NCBI GenBank assembly: GCA_027482225.1
Contig: JAIXWD010000017.1
Span: 42,436-106,435, forward strand
Direction of reading: 5' to 3'
Length of the DNA: 64,000 nt
Source: Bacteroidota bacterium
GTDB taxonomy: Bacteria; Bacteroidota; Bacteroidia; UKL13-3
A model generated the notes under the pieces. That model worked only from the letters and a program-made list of their open reading frames with translations. It was not told the origin of the DNA and made no database searches. Below, one piece after another: positions 48,877 through 58,597 of this stretch (position 1 is its first letter; every line of letters begins with the position of its first letter). The translations under genes were made by a program, and so were the position numbers.

Positions 48877-49461
48877 TTAATCTGCATTATTTTCTGCTTG
48901 ATTCTGCTTATATATTTTATACCAACTTATAAAACCTCCCACACAAATAAGCGTGTATACCACCATTAAACCAGCGTAGTAAAATAATTCTTGTTGGTAG
49001 TAAAGCATAACACTAAACGCATTTAGAGCAAACCAATACACCCAGCTTGTTAAAATTTTTCTAGCCTCTTTTATTGATGCCAATAAACCAAAAACAGTAA
49101 TAAAACTATCTAAGTATGGGCTTGCACTGTCGGTGTATTTATCAAATAAAAACGCACACAACAAGCTTAGCAAAGAAAAAAGGGAAATAAATTTAAGGTG
49201 AGTAGTAATATGCCAATTGTGAATGTGTTCGTTTTTTCGCTCTGCCTTTTTCCAATACCATAAACCGTATACACCTACTAATGCGTAATACAAACTTATA
49301 ATTGATTGAGCGTAAATTTTAGTTTGATAAAAAAGCCATATCCCTATTAATGATGATGCAATACCAAACCACCAGCCAATAGTTTTCTCGCGCATTAAAA
49401 GCAAGCTGTATAATATACTTAAACCCGCACCTGCAATTTCAAGGTAATTGGTAAACATCAT
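48877..49461 (-). CDS. PnuC-family transporter (probably thiamine, PnuT-like)
   Basis: Multi-TM protein with YGLWYW, PYLDSFIT and WVYW motifs; adjacent to a TPP riboswitch. Confidence 0.85.
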   Translation of the reverse strand: MMFTNYLEIAGAGLSILYSLLLMREKTIGWWFGIASSLIGIWLFYQTKIYAQSIISLYYALVGVYGLWYWKKAERKNEHIHNWHITTHLKFISLFSLLSLLCAFLFDKYTDSASPYLDSFITVFGLLASIKEARKILTSWVYWFALNAFSVMLYYQQELFYYAGLMVVYTLICVGGFISWYKIYKQNQAENNAD

Positions 49462-49537
49462 GCTTCAAAACTATGGATATTTTATTTCGTTGCTAATGTC
49501 TTTTTAAATCAATTTATATAAATCAAAAATCTAATTA

Positions 49538-49545
49538 TACATTTG
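49538..49545 (+). promoter_or_regulatory. -7 promoter element driving the TPP riboswitch leader
   Basis: TACATTTG immediately before aptamer P1. Confidence 0.6.
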
Positions 49546-49549
49546 CACC

Positions 49550-49640
49550 TGTCTTTGGGGTGGTAATGGGTTTTAAAACCTATTGCCTGAGATCATACCC
49601 TTGGAACCTGCCGAGGTAATGCTCGCGAAGGGAGTAGACA
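49550..49640 (+). ncRNA. TPP riboswitch aptamer
   Basis: GGGGTG...CTGAGA..ATACCC...AACCTG..CGAGGTAATGCTCGCGAAGGGA core; P1 TGTCT/AGACA. Confidence 0.9.
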
Positions 49641-49713
49641 AACTCATGGTTATTTATTTAGTTGGTGCACAATCTAACTCAGTAATCATTCCAAGAAGGT
49701 AAACAATTGATTT

Positions 49714-49744
49714 CAGCAACCTACCCCGGTTGCTGTTTTTGTTT
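49714..49744 (+). terminator. Riboswitch expression-platform terminator
   Basis: CAGCAACC-TACCCC-GGTTGCTG-TTTTTGTTT between the aptamer and the start codon. Confidence 0.75.
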
Positions 49745-49764
49745 AACCTTAATTAATTTATGTA

Positions 49765-52227
49765 ATGAAAAAATTATTTGGACTCATGCTTGCAATTGGA
49801 TTGCAGGTTACTGTCTATGCACAACAAAATGTTAGCGGCACAGTTAAAAACGCATCAACGCAACTAACTTTGGCTGATGTGTCTGTACATTTAAGTTCTA
49901 TTAAAAATGTAATCCGAACCGCACTTACCAACGAAAAGGGTGAGTTTACTTTTAAAAATCTAGGTAAAGGACAGTACACTTTAACCGTAAGTTTTGTTGG
50001 ATTTAAAACCATTTCTAAAAACGTAATTGTTGGAGATGTAAGCATTACGGATATGCTATTAATGTTGGAGCCCGCAACGGTTTTGAGTGGAGAAGCATTG
50101 GTACAAGCAACACGTGCAAAAGATAACAATGCTTCCACATTTACAAACATAAATAAACAAGAGCTGGCAAAACAAAACTTCGGCCAAGACTTACCATTTT
50201 TGTTAAACCTTACACCTTCAACTGTAATTAATTCTGATGCGGGCGCAGGTATCGGTTATACTGGTATTCGTATTCGTGGTATTGACCCCACAAGAACCAA
50301 TGTTACTATAAATGGTATTCCAGTTAATGATGCCGAATCTCATGGAACATTTTGGGTAAATACTCCCGATTTGGCATCCTCTGTAGAAAACATTCAGGTA
50401 CAACGTGGTGTCGGTACATCTACAAATGGTGCTGCTGCTTTTGGTGCAAGCATTAATATTCAAACAGATGGTTTATCGCATAAGCCATTTGCAGAAATAG
50501 CTAATTCTTTGGGTTCATTTAATACCAGAAAACATAGTGTAAAATTTGGTACAGGATTGTTAGACAACGGTTGGGCATTTGATTTACGTTTGTCTAAGTT
50601 AAATTCAGATGGTTTTATTGATAGGTCGTCTTCAGATTTAAAATCGTTTTTTACTAGCGCTAGTCGCTACGGTAAAAAAAGTTTATTTAAGGTAAACGTT
50701 TTTTCGGGTAAAGAAGTAACTTATCAAGCATGGAATGGCATTCCAGAACCTCGTTTAAAAAATAACTTAGAAGGTATGAATGAGTATGCCAACCTAATTG
50801 GAACAGACTTAAATCACTTGCTTAAATCAGGTAATAGAACTTATAATGAGTTTACTTATAAAAACCAAGTAGATAACTATCAGCAAGATCATTACCAACT
50901 TTTTTATACTTATTTACCCAATAAGTATTTAAAATTAAATATTGGAGCGCATTATACTTATGGCCGTGGTTATTATGAAGAGTTTAAACCAGGTGAGCGT
51001 TTATCAAAATACAAGCTTAATGATGTGATTCTTGTTAATGATACCGTAAGAAGTAGTGACATTGTAAGAAGACGTTGGTTAGATAATGATTTTTATGGTG
51101 TGGTGTTTTCTGCCATTTACGAGAAAAATAAGTTAACTGCCACATTTGGTGGTGGAGCCAATGTTTATGAAGGTCGTCACTTTGGCGAATTGGTATGGTC
51201 GCATTATGCAAGCAATAGTTTTTTAGGAACACGTTTTTATGATGGTAACTCAATCAAAAAAGAAGTGAACTTTTATGGTAAAGCGAATTATCAATTCACA
51301 GATAAATTTAGCTCTTTTGTTGATCTTCAAGTTCGTTCAATTAATTACGATTTAAAAGGCGTTGATCTAAATGGGTCAAATTATAATCCGTATGATTTTA
51401 GTTTGAATTACTTATTCTTTAATCCTAAGGCTGGTTTGTCTTATGCATTTAATCAGCGTACCAATTTATACGCATACTTTGGTATTGCCAATCGCGAGCC
51501 TGAGCGTAAAGACATTATTCAAGCTCCAGTTAATAATGTTCCAACATCGGAAAGGTTGTTTAACTATGAGCTAGGTTTTAGAAAACGCATGAATAAATTT
51601 AGTGTAGAAGCAAATGCCTATTACATGGATTACCAAAATCAGCTTGTAAATACCGGACAAATTAATGATGTGGGTGCATATAATCGTGTAAATGTGGCAA
51701 GCAGCTATAGGGCAGGTATTGAACTATTGGGGGGAGTACAATTATTAAAAAAACTTCGTTGGCAGGCAACGTTAACTTATAGCCAGAATCGAATTTATCA
51801 TTTTACTGAGTATATTGATGATTGGGATAATGGAACCCAGATAACCGAAATACATCATCAAAAGAAAATTGGTTTTTCACCAGATTGGATTGCATCCTCG
51901 GTATTAAGTTATACACCTGTTAAGCAATTACAAGTTGATTTGATTACAAAATATGTTTCAGAACAGTACTTGGATAATACAGAAAATGATAAAAGAAAAT
52001 TGGATGCTTTTTTGGTCAACGATATTCGAATTAACTATGATTTACCGATTACTTTTATGTTTAACTCAATTCGCTTAGGTGTATTGATTAATAATATACT
52101 TGATGTAAACTACGAGCCGAATGGATATACCTTTAGCGGTATAACTGGTGGTAGGCGATACGATTTCAACTATTACTATCCGCAAGCTGGAACAAACATA
52201 TTAGCTAATTTAATTTTAAGATTTTAA
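49765..52227 (+). CDS. TonB-dependent receptor, probably thiamine uptake
   Basis: Signal peptide, carboxypeptidase-regulatory-like N-domain, plug (SDAGAGIGYTGIRIRG...IQVQRGVGTSTNG), terminal F; under a TPP riboswitch. Confidence 0.9.
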   Translation: MKKLFGLMLAIGLQVTVYAQQNVSGTVKNASTQLTLADVSVHLSSIKNVIRTALTNEKGEFTFKNLGKGQYTLTVSFVGFKTISKNVIVGDVSITDMLLMLEPATVLSGEALVQATRAKDNNASTFTNINKQELAKQNFGQDLPFLLNLTPSTVINSDAGAGIGYTGIRIRGIDPTRTNVTINGIPVNDAESHGTFWVNTPDLASSVENIQVQRGVGTSTNGAAAFGASINIQTDGLSHKPFAEIANSLGSFNTRKHSVKFGTGLLDNGWAFDLRLSKLNSDGFIDRSSSDLKSFFTSASRYGKKSLFKVNVFSGKEVTYQAWNGIPEPRLKNNLEGMNEYANLIGTDLNHLLKSGNRTYNEFTYKNQVDNYQQDHYQLFYTYLPNKYLKLNIGAHYTYGRGYYEEFKPGERLSKYKLNDVILVNDTVRSSDIVRRRWLDNDFYGVVFSAIYEKNKLTATFGGGANVYEGRHFGELVWSHYASNSFLGTRFYDGNSIKKEVNFYGKANYQFTDKFSSFVDLQVRSINYDLKGVDLNGSNYNPYDFSLNYLFFNPKAGLSYAFNQRTNLYAYFGIANREPERKDIIQAPVNNVPTSERLFNYELGFRKRMNKFSVEANAYYMDYQNQLVNTGQINDVGAYNRVNVASSYRAGIELLGGVQLLKKLRWQATLTYSQNRIYHFTEYIDDWDNGTQITEIHHQKKIGFSPDWIASSVLSYTPVKQLQVDLITKYVSEQYLDNTENDKRKLDAFLVNDIRINYDLPITFMFNSIRLGVLINNILDVNYEPNGYTFSGITGGRRYDFNYYYPQAGTNILANLILRF

Positions 52228-52259
52228 TAAAAACGGGAAGCAAGGCTTCCCGTTTTTAT
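52227..52259. terminator. Bidirectional terminator between convergent TonB receptor and XRE-Fic genes
   Basis: ATAAAAACGGGAAGC-AAG-GCTTCCCGTTTTTAT. Confidence 0.85.
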
Positions 52260-53311
52260 TTTCCAATAATATCAATGTATCTTAACAATGCATCATGCTC
52301 TGTTTCGGCAACTAAGAGTAAAAAATCATTTTTGCCTTTATTAGTTTGAACCTTCTCAAGTGCGTTGTAGTAAGCCATTCTACTTTTTGCATCGCCTTTA
52401 ATATTGGCTATAATGTATCCATGTTTTAGCAATATTAAATTCATTACTAATCTTGATGTGCGTCCATTTCCATCAATAAAAGGATGAATAGTAACCAGTT
52501 TTTCGTGCATCTCTGCAGCTAAAATTACTGGGTGTATTTTTGTTTTGTTGGTTTGGTACCAAATAAAATATTCTTCCATTTTTTTTGCAACTAAAAAAGG
52601 AGCAGGAGGAACATGTGCGCTACCTTTAATCATTACTTGAACACTTCTGTACTTTCCTGCATTTGCCTGATCAATACCTCTTAAAATTAAATTGTGTAAG
52701 GTTAAAACCTCGCGTTCATTTACATCCGATTTTTTATCGATTAAATGTTTAACATAATCAATGGCTTCTTTGTGGTTAACAGCTTCTAAATGCTCACGCA
52801 TGGTTTTACCACTAATTGTTAAACCTTCGTTAATTACTAAATCAGTTTCTTTTAGCGTAAGTGTATTGCCCTCAATTCGGTTGCTTTCAAATGTGTATTC
52901 TAGCTCAAGTGCTTGTGCAATACGATAGCTATCAAACTCGCGAAATTTATCAAGTTTCTTTTTTAGCTTATCTATTTGAGATAAAAGTGTTTTAAGCCCC
53001 CTAGGCGTAGTAATGTTTTGAGGTTGATTGTTTTTGTATTTAACTTGTTCTTCGGCAGCAACAATGGCTTTAAGGGCTAATTCGTCATTTCCTATCTCAT
53101 AGAGTATTTTTTCTTTGAGCCAGTCTATCAGTAGGGTTTCCGTATTTAAATCTAATATTTCGGCAAGTTTTATTACCTGCTTACGTGTTGGTTTTCTTGC
53201 GCCCGATTCAAATTTACTAACTAAAGCTTGATCAATACCAAGTTGTTGAGCTACTTCGCGTGTCATTAAGCCTTTTTTTTCTCTGGCTGTTTTAAGTATT
53301 GATTTCATCAT
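52256..53311 (-). CDS. XRE-HTH-Fic fusion protein (class II, autoinhibited AMPylase)
   Basis: HTH (REVAQQLGIDQALVSKFESGARKP), inhibitory SNRIEGN, canonical HPFIDGNGRTSR; likely start MMKSILK. Confidence 0.92.
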   Translation of the reverse strand: MMKSILKTAREKKGLMTREVAQQLGIDQALVSKFESGARKPTRKQVIKLAEILDLNTETLLIDWLKEKILYEIGNDELALKAIVAAEEQVKYKNNQPQNITTPRGLKTLLSQIDKLKKKLDKFREFDSYRIAQALELEYTFESNRIEGNTLTLKETDLVINEGLTISGKTMREHLEAVNHKEAIDYVKHLIDKKSDVNEREVLTLHNLILRGIDQANAGKYRSVQVMIKGSAHVPPAPFLVAKKMEEYFIWYQTNKTKIHPVILAAEMHEKLVTIHPFIDGNGRTSRLVMNLILLKHGYIIANIKGDAKSRMAYYNALEKVQTNKGKNDFLLLVAETEHDALLRYIDIIGK

Positions 53312-53320
53312 GATTGAAAA

Positions 53321-53341
53321 TGTCATGACAAAAATAGTCAT
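53321..53341 (-). promoter_or_regulatory. -7 promoter element overlapped by inverted repeats (candidate XRE operator)
   Basis: Minus-strand TATTTTTG (53329-53336) inside ATGAC-N7-GTCAT, overlapping the palindrome TGTCATGACA (53321-53330). Confidence 0.55.
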
Positions 53342-53370
53342 TATTTTCTTTTAAAAAATAACTAATCCAT

Positions 53371-56247
53371 TTATTTTTTATCCTTCAGTTCATTTTTTAA
53401 ATAAATCCCAGTATGACTTCTTTTTTCTTTACTTATTTCTTCCGGTGTGCCAACGCATAAAACTTCACCACCATATTTACCACCTTCTGGTCCAATATCA
53501 ATAACGTAATCTGCAACTTTAACCATATCTAGATTATGTTCTATTACTAATACGGTATTGCCCTTGTCAACTAGTTTTTGTAATACATCTAATAATACTT
53601 TTACATCCTCAAAATGTAATCCAGTTGTGGGCTCATCTAAAATGTAAAATGTATTTCCGGTATCTCGTTTACTTAATTCTGTGGCTAATTTTACTCGTTG
53701 TGCCTCACCACCACTTAGTGTGGTACTTTGTTGACCAAGTGTAATGTAACCCAAACCAACATCATTTAATGCCTCAATTCTTCTAAGTATTTGCGGTGTA
53801 TTTTCAAAAAATTTTACAGCCTCTTCTATACTCATATCAAGCACATCATTAATAGATTTGCCTTTGTACCTTACTTCAAGTGTTTCTCTATTATAACGTT
53901 TACCGTTACAGGTTTCACACTTAACATATACGTCAGGTAAAAAATTCATCTCTATTGTTCGCATACCTGCTCCCTGGCAGGTTTCGCATCTACCACCTTT
54001 AACATTAAAAGAAAATCGTCCTGGTTTATAGCCTCTTATTTTTGATTCGGGTAAGCTGGCAAATAAGTTGCGGATGTCTGAAAAAACCTCAACATAAGTT
54101 GCTGGATTACTTCTAGGAGTTCTACCAATTGGACTTTGATCTATGTCAATTACTTTATCTACATGTTCAATACCACTAACTTTTTTGTAAGCAAGTGGCT
54201 TTTGATGTGAGCCATAAAAGTGTTGGCGTAAAATTGGATAGAGGGTATCATTAATCAATGTTGACTTACCACTACCACTAACACCTGTTACAGCTATAAA
54301 TTTACCTAGAGGGAAATCAACAGAAATATTTTTTAGATTATTACCTGATGCTCCTTTTAATGACAAGGTTTTTCCATTTCCTTTTCTTCGCGTTACAGGA
54401 ACCTCAATTTGTTTTTTACCATTTAGGTATTGCGCTGTGAGCGAATCTGATTTCAAAATATCACTCCAGCTTCCTTGAGCTGCAATGTGACCACCATGAA
54501 TACCAGCTCCATAACCTATGTCAAGAATATAATCACTTTCGGCCATCATATCCTTGTCATGCTCTACTACAATTACACTATTACCTACATCACGTAGCTC
54601 TTTAAGCGAGTGAATTAATCTGTTGTTATCTCTTTGATGTAGTCCAATACTTGGCTCATCTAAAATATATAAAACGCCCACCAATTGCGAACCAATTTGC
54701 GTTGCTAATCTTATGCGTTGAGCCTCCCCACCGCTTAACGTTCTTGATGGCGAATTTAGTGTTAAGTAATCAATGCCTACACCTAACAAAAATTTTATTC
54801 GGTTACGAATTTCCTTTAAAATTTCTGATGCAATAATCAGTTGTTTTTTGTCAAGGTATTTTTCAATATTTTCAAACCATTCTCCTAATGCAGTTATCTC
54901 TAATGATGCAAGTTCACTAATGTTCTTACCTCCAATTTTATAATGAAGTGATTCTTTTTTTAATCTTGCACCACCGCAATCTGGGCATGCATCTATAGTC
55001 ATAAATTCTTCTGCCCATTTTACAACAGAATCACTACTTTTTTCGTGATAGTGTCTGGTAATAAATGGAATCAATCCTTCCCATGTTGCGGTATAATTTT
55101 GAGTATAACCACTGTTGTATTGATACGGAATAACCAACGTTTCATCGCTACCAAGCAAAATTACGTCAAGTGCTTCACGGCTAATTTTTTCAATTGGATC
55201 TGCAAAACTAAATTTATATTTTTTAGCTATTTCACGTAGTTGCAAAAAGGTCCAATTGTCTCTAGGCTCACCTAATGGTGTAATAGCCCCTTTGTTTATA
55301 CTTATTTTTTTATCAGGTATAATATTGTTTTCATCTAAGACACTTACCACACCAAGTCCATCACATTTTGTGCATGCACCATATGGTGAGTTAAATGAAA
55401 AAGTGTTTGGTTGAGGTTCGTCATAACTAATTCCACTTTTAGGGTCCATCAAAAATTTACTAAAGTGAAATGCTTTTTCTTGTTTACCATCTCCAACCAA
55501 TAAAACAAGAGTTCCCTTACCCATTTTAAGCGCACTTTTTACACTTTCGTTTATCCTAAATCTATTGTCTTTTTTAGCATCAACCCGATCAATCAAAACT
55601 TCAATATCATGAATTTTATATCGGTCGGCTTGCATTTTGGGTGTAATATCTTTTACCTCTCCATCAAGCCTAACTTTTGTAAAACCTTGTTTACGTATCT
55701 GCTCAAAAAGTTCTCGGTAATGTCCTTTTCTTCCTTTTACTAATGGTGCTAATATCGCAATTTTGCTGCCTTCAAACTCTTGTATAATTCCCGAAACAAT
55801 TTGCTCTTCGGTCATTTTTACCATCTTTTCACCACTTACATAACTGAATGCATCGGCCGCTCTTGCATAAAGCAATCGCATAAAATCATAAATTTCGGTT
55901 ATGGTTCCTACTGTAGATCGTGGGTTTTTATTTACTGTTTTCTGTTCTATTGATATTACTGGTGATAGGCCATTAATTTTATCTACATCAGGTCGCTCCA
56001 TGTTACCAATGAATTGGCGTGCATATGCGCTAAAACTTTCCATATACCTGCGCTGACCTTCTGCAAAAATTGTATCAAAAGCTAATGATGATTTACCACT
56101 ACCGCTTATGCCTGTAATGGTAACTAATTTATTGCGCGGAATGCGAACATCAATATTTTTAAGATTATGCTCTCTTGCGCCAAGTATTTCAATATATTCA
56201 TCTTCGTTAATCGAATCAACAGATTCGGATTTTTTTGTTTTTGCCAT
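53371..56247 (-). CDS. uvrA: Excinuclease ABC subunit A
   Basis: GAREHNLKN, GSGKSSLAFDT, two LSGGEAQR signatures, zinc fingers. Confidence 0.98.
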   Translation of the reverse strand: MAKTKKSESVDSINEDEYIEILGAREHNLKNIDVRIPRNKLVTITGISGSGKSSLAFDTIFAEGQRRYMESFSAYARQFIGNMERPDVDKINGLSPVISIEQKTVNKNPRSTVGTITEIYDFMRLLYARAADAFSYVSGEKMVKMTEEQIVSGIIQEFEGSKIAILAPLVKGRKGHYRELFEQIRKQGFTKVRLDGEVKDITPKMQADRYKIHDIEVLIDRVDAKKDNRFRINESVKSALKMGKGTLVLLVGDGKQEKAFHFSKFLMDPKSGISYDEPQPNTFSFNSPYGACTKCDGLGVVSVLDENNIIPDKKISINKGAITPLGEPRDNWTFLQLREIAKKYKFSFADPIEKISREALDVILLGSDETLVIPYQYNSGYTQNYTATWEGLIPFITRHYHEKSSDSVVKWAEEFMTIDACPDCGGARLKKESLHYKIGGKNISELASLEITALGEWFENIEKYLDKKQLIIASEILKEIRNRIKFLLGVGIDYLTLNSPSRTLSGGEAQRIRLATQIGSQLVGVLYILDEPSIGLHQRDNNRLIHSLKELRDVGNSVIVVEHDKDMMAESDYILDIGYGAGIHGGHIAAQGSWSDILKSDSLTAQYLNGKKQIEVPVTRRKGNGKTLSLKGASGNNLKNISVDFPLGKFIAVTGVSGSGKSTLINDTLYPILRQHFYGSHQKPLAYKKVSGIEHVDKVIDIDQSPIGRTPRSNPATYVEVFSDIRNLFASLPESKIRGYKPGRFSFNVKGGRCETCQGAGMRTIEMNFLPDVYVKCETCNGKRYNRETLEVRYKGKSINDVLDMSIEEAVKFFENTPQILRRIEALNDVGLGYITLGQQSTTLSGGEAQRVKLATELSKRDTGNTFYILDEPTTGLHFEDVKVLLDVLQKLVDKGNTVLVIEHNLDMVKVADYVIDIGPEGGKYGGEVLCVGTPEEISKEKRSHTGIYLKNELKDKK

Positions 56248-56561
56248 GAAAGTAAATTAGCCATTTAATACAGCTAGATTATTAACCACGAAAGTAGGGT
56301 TATTGTTTGAGGTGTAAAAGACTTAATATACAACCATAAATTATACATTGTAGCATAATGTAGGAGTTTAATATTTATATACAACTTTTGTTAAATCCAC
56401 ATTGGAACTGCGGTTTTCAAATTGCTTTTACAATACAATCAACATAGAATGTGCTTTAGGCACCACTTAAGTTTGATGGCTAAACCAACCTTCTTTTTTT
56501 CTTTTATGTTTTCATTAATAGGTTTCGGAATAATAATCAGGGATTAAGTTATTTTAGCGGC

Positions 56562-57503
56562 ATGAATAATAATATTGGTATTGCTGTCCATGGCGGTGCT
56601 GGCACCATTTTGCGTAGTTTAATGACGCCTGAAAAAGAGGCTTTGTACATAAAAGGTTTGCAAGAAGCCATTGATGCAGGACATAAAATTTTAATTTCAG
56701 GTGGTTCAAGTGTTGATGCTGTTGAAGCAGCCGTAATGGCTTTAGAAAATTTCCCATTGTTTAATGCAGGTAAAGGAGCAGTTTTTACCAATAAAGGTAC
56801 GCACGAAATGGATGCCAGTATTATGGATGGTAAAACGCTTGAGGCTGGAGCAGTTAGTGGTATAAGCAATGTGCAAAATCCAGTAGCTTTAGCTCGTTTA
56901 ATTAAAGATAAAAGTGGGCATGTTTTTTTGTGTGGAAAAGAGGCTGAAGCATTTGCCAAAATGATGCAATTACCCATACAGCCTGACGAGTACTTTTTTG
57001 AGGAAAGCAGATACAAACAATGGCAAGAAGTTAAGGATAAGGATGGTTATCAACTAGATCATACGGTAAATAGTGGCGAAGGCAAAAAGTTTGGAACTGT
57101 AGGAGCCGTAGCTCTTGATTTGCATGGAAATATTGCTGCTGCAACTTCAACTGGTGGGATGACTAATAAACGTTTTGGTAGGGTAGGCGATAGCCCAATA
57201 ATAGGTGCAGGTACATATGCAAATAACCATACTTGTGCTGTTAGTTGTACTGGGCATGGCGAGTATTTTATACGTGCTGTTGTTGCTTATGATATTAGTT
57301 GTTTAATGGAATACAAAGGATACACACTTAAGCAAGCTTGCGATTATGTTGTAAAAGATAAATTAGTAAAACTTGGCGGTGAAGGTGGTTTGATAGCAAT
57401 TGACAAATCAGGAAATATCGAGTTACCTTTTAATAGCGAAGGTATGTACAGGGGTTACAAAAAAGGAGATACATCGGCCGTTGTAAAAATTTACGAAGAT
57501 TAA
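56562..57503 (+). CDS. iaaA: Isoaspartyl peptidase/L-asparaginase (Ntn hydrolase)
   Basis: HGGAG, FNAGKG, G|TVGAVA autocleavage Thr, TSTGG, GRVGDSPIIGAG and TGHGE. Confidence 0.93.
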   Translation: MNNNIGIAVHGGAGTILRSLMTPEKEALYIKGLQEAIDAGHKILISGGSSVDAVEAAVMALENFPLFNAGKGAVFTNKGTHEMDASIMDGKTLEAGAVSGISNVQNPVALARLIKDKSGHVFLCGKEAEAFAKMMQLPIQPDEYFFEESRYKQWQEVKDKDGYQLDHTVNSGEGKKFGTVGAVALDLHGNIAAATSTGGMTNKRFGRVGDSPIIGAGTYANNHTCAVSCTGHGEYFIRAVVAYDISCLMEYKGYTLKQACDYVVKDKLVKLGGEGGLIAIDKSGNIELPFNSEGMYRGYKKGDTSAVVKIYED

Positions 57504-57510
57504 AAGCATA

Positions 57511-57538
57511 AAAAAGGAGTTGAATTTAACTCCTTTTT
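57511..57538. terminator. Bidirectional terminator between iaaA and cphB
   Basis: AAAAAGGAGTT-GAATTT-AACTCCTTTTT. Confidence 0.8.
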
Positions 57539-57553
57539 AATTTAGATTTTTAT

Positions 57554-58423
57554 TTATGCCTTAGCTGTATCGTTAGCTATGAACTTTCTTTCTTTTAATA
57601 AATATCGGTTACCCCTAACCATAATACTTACACGTAAGTTATCTAATGCTATTGGTTCACCCATGCCAACTTCGGTAATGTTTGTGTGTCGTATGTCTCT
57701 TCCATCAACAATTACAACAGCACCGCTTCCTACAACTTCTAAGTTATTTCCACCAGTAACAATTACCCCTGTGTCTTCACCCAAACCTATACCTGTACAT
57801 TGCGGGTTACTCGCAACTGCTTGAGCCAATCGGTTAAAACGTCCGCGTTTATCAAAATGTGAGTCGATAATTACATTACCCATAAATGCCAAACCAGTAG
57901 TAATTTTAACCTCACCTTTTAAGTGAGCCAATTCGCTTTTGCCTTGATAAATCATGGTATTACTCATGGCCATTGCCCCCGCGCTTGTTCCTGCAATCAC
58001 AAAGCCTTCTTGGTTATAATATCTATCGTGTAGCACGTTGTATATTTCTGTACCACCAAAAATAGAGGTTAACCTAAGTTGGTCGCCACCAGTAAACATA
58101 ATACCATCAGCATTTTTAACACGATTGATAAACCCTTCTTCAAAAACATCTTCGCGTTTTCCAATGTCAATTACACCTATGTTTTTGCAGCCTATTTTAC
58201 CAAATGCATCTAAATAATTTTCACCTACCTCAACTGGTATTGAAGAAGCAGTGGTAATAACTTCAATGCGTTTCTCAACCCCACCAACTTCATCAATAAA
58301 GCGTTTTAATATGCCAAGTTCAAAGAAATTTAAGCGGTTACGCTGAATAAAACCCTGCTCTAAATCAGTTCCTTTGTCTTCTGCCCCCCCCACCGAAATC
58401 AGCTTTCCTTTAGGTATTTCCAA
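57554..58423 (-). CDS. cphB: Cyanophycinase (peptidase S51), cytoplasmic
   Basis: GGAEDK, FTGGDQLRL, GTSAGA, IDSHF, RGRFNRL and GEDT; no signal peptide; TTG start. Confidence 0.93.
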   Translation of the reverse strand: MEIPKGKLISVGGAEDKGTDLEQGFIQRNRLNFFELGILKRFIDEVGGVEKRIEVITTASSIPVEVGENYLDAFGKIGCKNIGVIDIGKREDVFEEGFINRVKNADGIMFTGGDQLRLTSIFGGTEIYNVLHDRYYNQEGFVIAGTSAGAMAMSNTMIYQGKSELAHLKGEVKITTGLAFMGNVIIDSHFDKRGRFNRLAQAVASNPQCTGIGLGEDTGVIVTGGNNLEVVGSGAVVIVDGRDIRHTNITEVGMGEPIALDNLRVSIMVRGNRYLLKERKFIANDTAKA

Positions 58424-58597
58424 AACAATGTTAATTTATATGTGAAGCAGCAAATATAAATGCATGCCTTGGTTACACAATTTTATTTTCCCCCTAACTT
58501 ACTTAATCCGCCTACAAAAACATACCGTTAGTTAATTCAAGTTTTTTATGTAAAATGCATGTAGTTAAAATCACCCCCAATTTTTATTCATTTTGCT

